From: Mobula hypostoma
Lineage: Eukaryota
DNA: 64,000 nucleotides
Direction: 5' to 3'
NCBI RefSeq assembly: GCF_963921235.1
Contig: NC_086108.1
Location: 87,174,001 to 87,238,000 of the forward strand
Both the position numbers and the translations under genes were made by a program. Within the stretch, counting starts at the first letter, position 1. The number at the start of each line of letters is the position of its first letter. This document shows positions 62,358 to 64,000 of the stretch, in pieces. The notes under the pieces are model-generated. The model did not search any database, was not told the DNA's origin, and worked only from the letters and a program-made list of their open reading frames with translations.

Positions 62358-62682
62358 GGGTGGCACAGTAGCGTAGCGGTTCATGCTGCACCTTACAGTA
62401 CCAGTGATCACCGGTCGGGGTTCTACTCCCATCGCTATCTGTAAGGAGTTTGTGCATTTGACCCTTGACTTTGTGGGTTGCCTCTGGGTCCTCTGGCTTC
62501 CTCCCATGTTCCAAAAGGACACCTACAGGTTAGGGTTAGTAAGTTGTGAGCACGCTATGTTGGCGCTGAAGTGTGGCAACACTTGTGGGCTGCCCCCAGC
62601 ACAATCCTCAGACTGTTTCGGTTATTGATCTCCAATGCATGTTTCAATGTACATGTGACAAATAATGCTAATCTTTATCCTT
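62358..62682 (+). mobile_element. V-SINE-like tRNA-derived SINE, near full length
   Basis: GGTGGCACAGTAGCGTAGCGG (A box), GGTTCTACTCCC (B box), GGGTTGCCTCTGGGTCCTCTGGCTTCCTCCCA core; related pieces at 10376, 11217, 22435 and 55230 (minus). Confidence 0.75.
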
Positions 62683-63899
62683 ATAAATATTTTATATCAA
62701 TTTGGGAACAGTTAAATTACCAGCAAAGAGGGGTTCAGATCTATTACTGATGAGTTTGTTCATGAGGGTCCTGATATTGTTGAAAAAGCTTGACAGGTCA
62801 TTAACCAAGCTGTATATTTGCTATAGTTTCTATTTTTATGTCCCATTTCCAGCACTTACCTCACTGACTCCACAATACTGGTACATTTTTGACAAGGAAA
62901 AATACTTCCTTTGTTTCCCTGAGCCCTTCTCAGAAAACCTCCAGTGAGGCTACAGAAGATCTTTCTAAAGTGTCTTGTGATCTTTTGGATTCACCTGAAC
63001 TGACAGGGGAGAACATTGGTTGAGAGCATCTTCTATAAAGCAATACCTCCCACAATAGAGCACTCACCCAGTTAAGCAATGAAATCTTAGCCTTGTTTAT
63101 ATACTACAATGTTCTCGAAAGGAGTTTAAAATCCAAAAACCATCCCATGGAACAGGTGCACTGCCTGAGCAGAAGTAATGTTTAAGTGGAGCAGGCATGC
63201 TTTTCTACTTCTAGCTCTTGAAATAAGTGCCTGAACACAATGCAAAAAGATTAGTTTCAACCAGCTTTAAATGCATTTTATTTTCTGTTCAGGAATTTGA
63301 TAGCTAGTAACAGTCTGTATTCAGCTATATAAGAATGCACACAAGAGAGAACAGCGATGCTCTCTTTTATTTTAAATTGAAGACAAGTCAAGTTGTAAAA
63401 CATACATTACGTATATTCCAAATGGAAATGATAATTATTTAAGTTAGATGGGCCAACAAGCTAATCAAGCGCAGTCCATCATATACTGTATGCTGCATAT
63501 TAAAAACTTAAAGCACATGTCTTTCTTCAACCAACATAAATTGATGTCATGCATTGGTAAGCGTGTCCCCTATAAAATGCCATGAAAAATAAGCAAAATG
63601 TCAAACAAGTCTGAGCCACTCTGTAATTTCCAATACCAATTAAGCTAAAACATCAAAAAATTGAAGATAGGAATAAAATCTGTCAAAGCTTAGCTATAAA
63701 ATAGAATGCAAGGCATATATATGTTGGAACGTTTTTACAATTATAATTCTGACTTGGTTTTGATTTCCCACTTTCAACCAGCTTGGCTGTCCCAGTAGAA
63801 ATTCTCTGACATAAAAACATTCCCAGTGAAAATGATGGAAAGGATTTAGGACCAATATAATGCCAGAGAGTTTCCCAGGAGCACTGTCCGAATAAGTAG

Positions 63900-63994
63900 T
63901 ACACACAAAATGCTGGAGGAACTCAGCAGGTCAGGCATCATCAATCGAGAGGAATAAACAGTCGACATTTCAGGCGGAGACCCTTCACTGGACT
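63900..63994 (-). mobile_element. Penelope pLTR mini-insert with degenerate HHR
   Basis: ACACACAAAATGCTGGAGGAACTCAGCAGG...CAGTCGACATTTCAGGCGGAGACCCTTCACTGGACT. Confidence 0.75.
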
Positions 63995-64000
63995 TCAAGC

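Overview
Vertebrate genomic DNA, almost entirely transposon-derived. The repeat repertoire (CR1, Rex1/Babar, V-SINE-like, Penelope) suggests a cartilaginous fish, probably a ray; this is an inference. No host gene could be confidently identified. Three insertions of one Gmr1-type Gypsy family lie in the first 18 kb: a decayed gag-PR-IN-RT copy cut by the window edge, a solo LTR, and a very young complete element. The young element has near-identical 857-bp LTRs and one open 917-aa ORF. That ORF keeps Gag, the CCHC knuckle and protease, then reads in frame through deleted, catalytically dead remnants of integrase, RT and RNase H. Many Penelope-like fragments carry minimal type I hammerhead ribozymes, including inverted pairs and ~100-nt 'ribozyme + tail' inserts. 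Also present are a non-autonomous Helitron with both termini, two R4/Dong-like LINE fragments at equivalent sites, a Buster-type hAT with nested CR1s, an IR/DR Tc1, a hAT MITE, a mariner-derived foldback and a CpG-rich tRNA-SINE. Boundaries of old LINE fragments are approximate.
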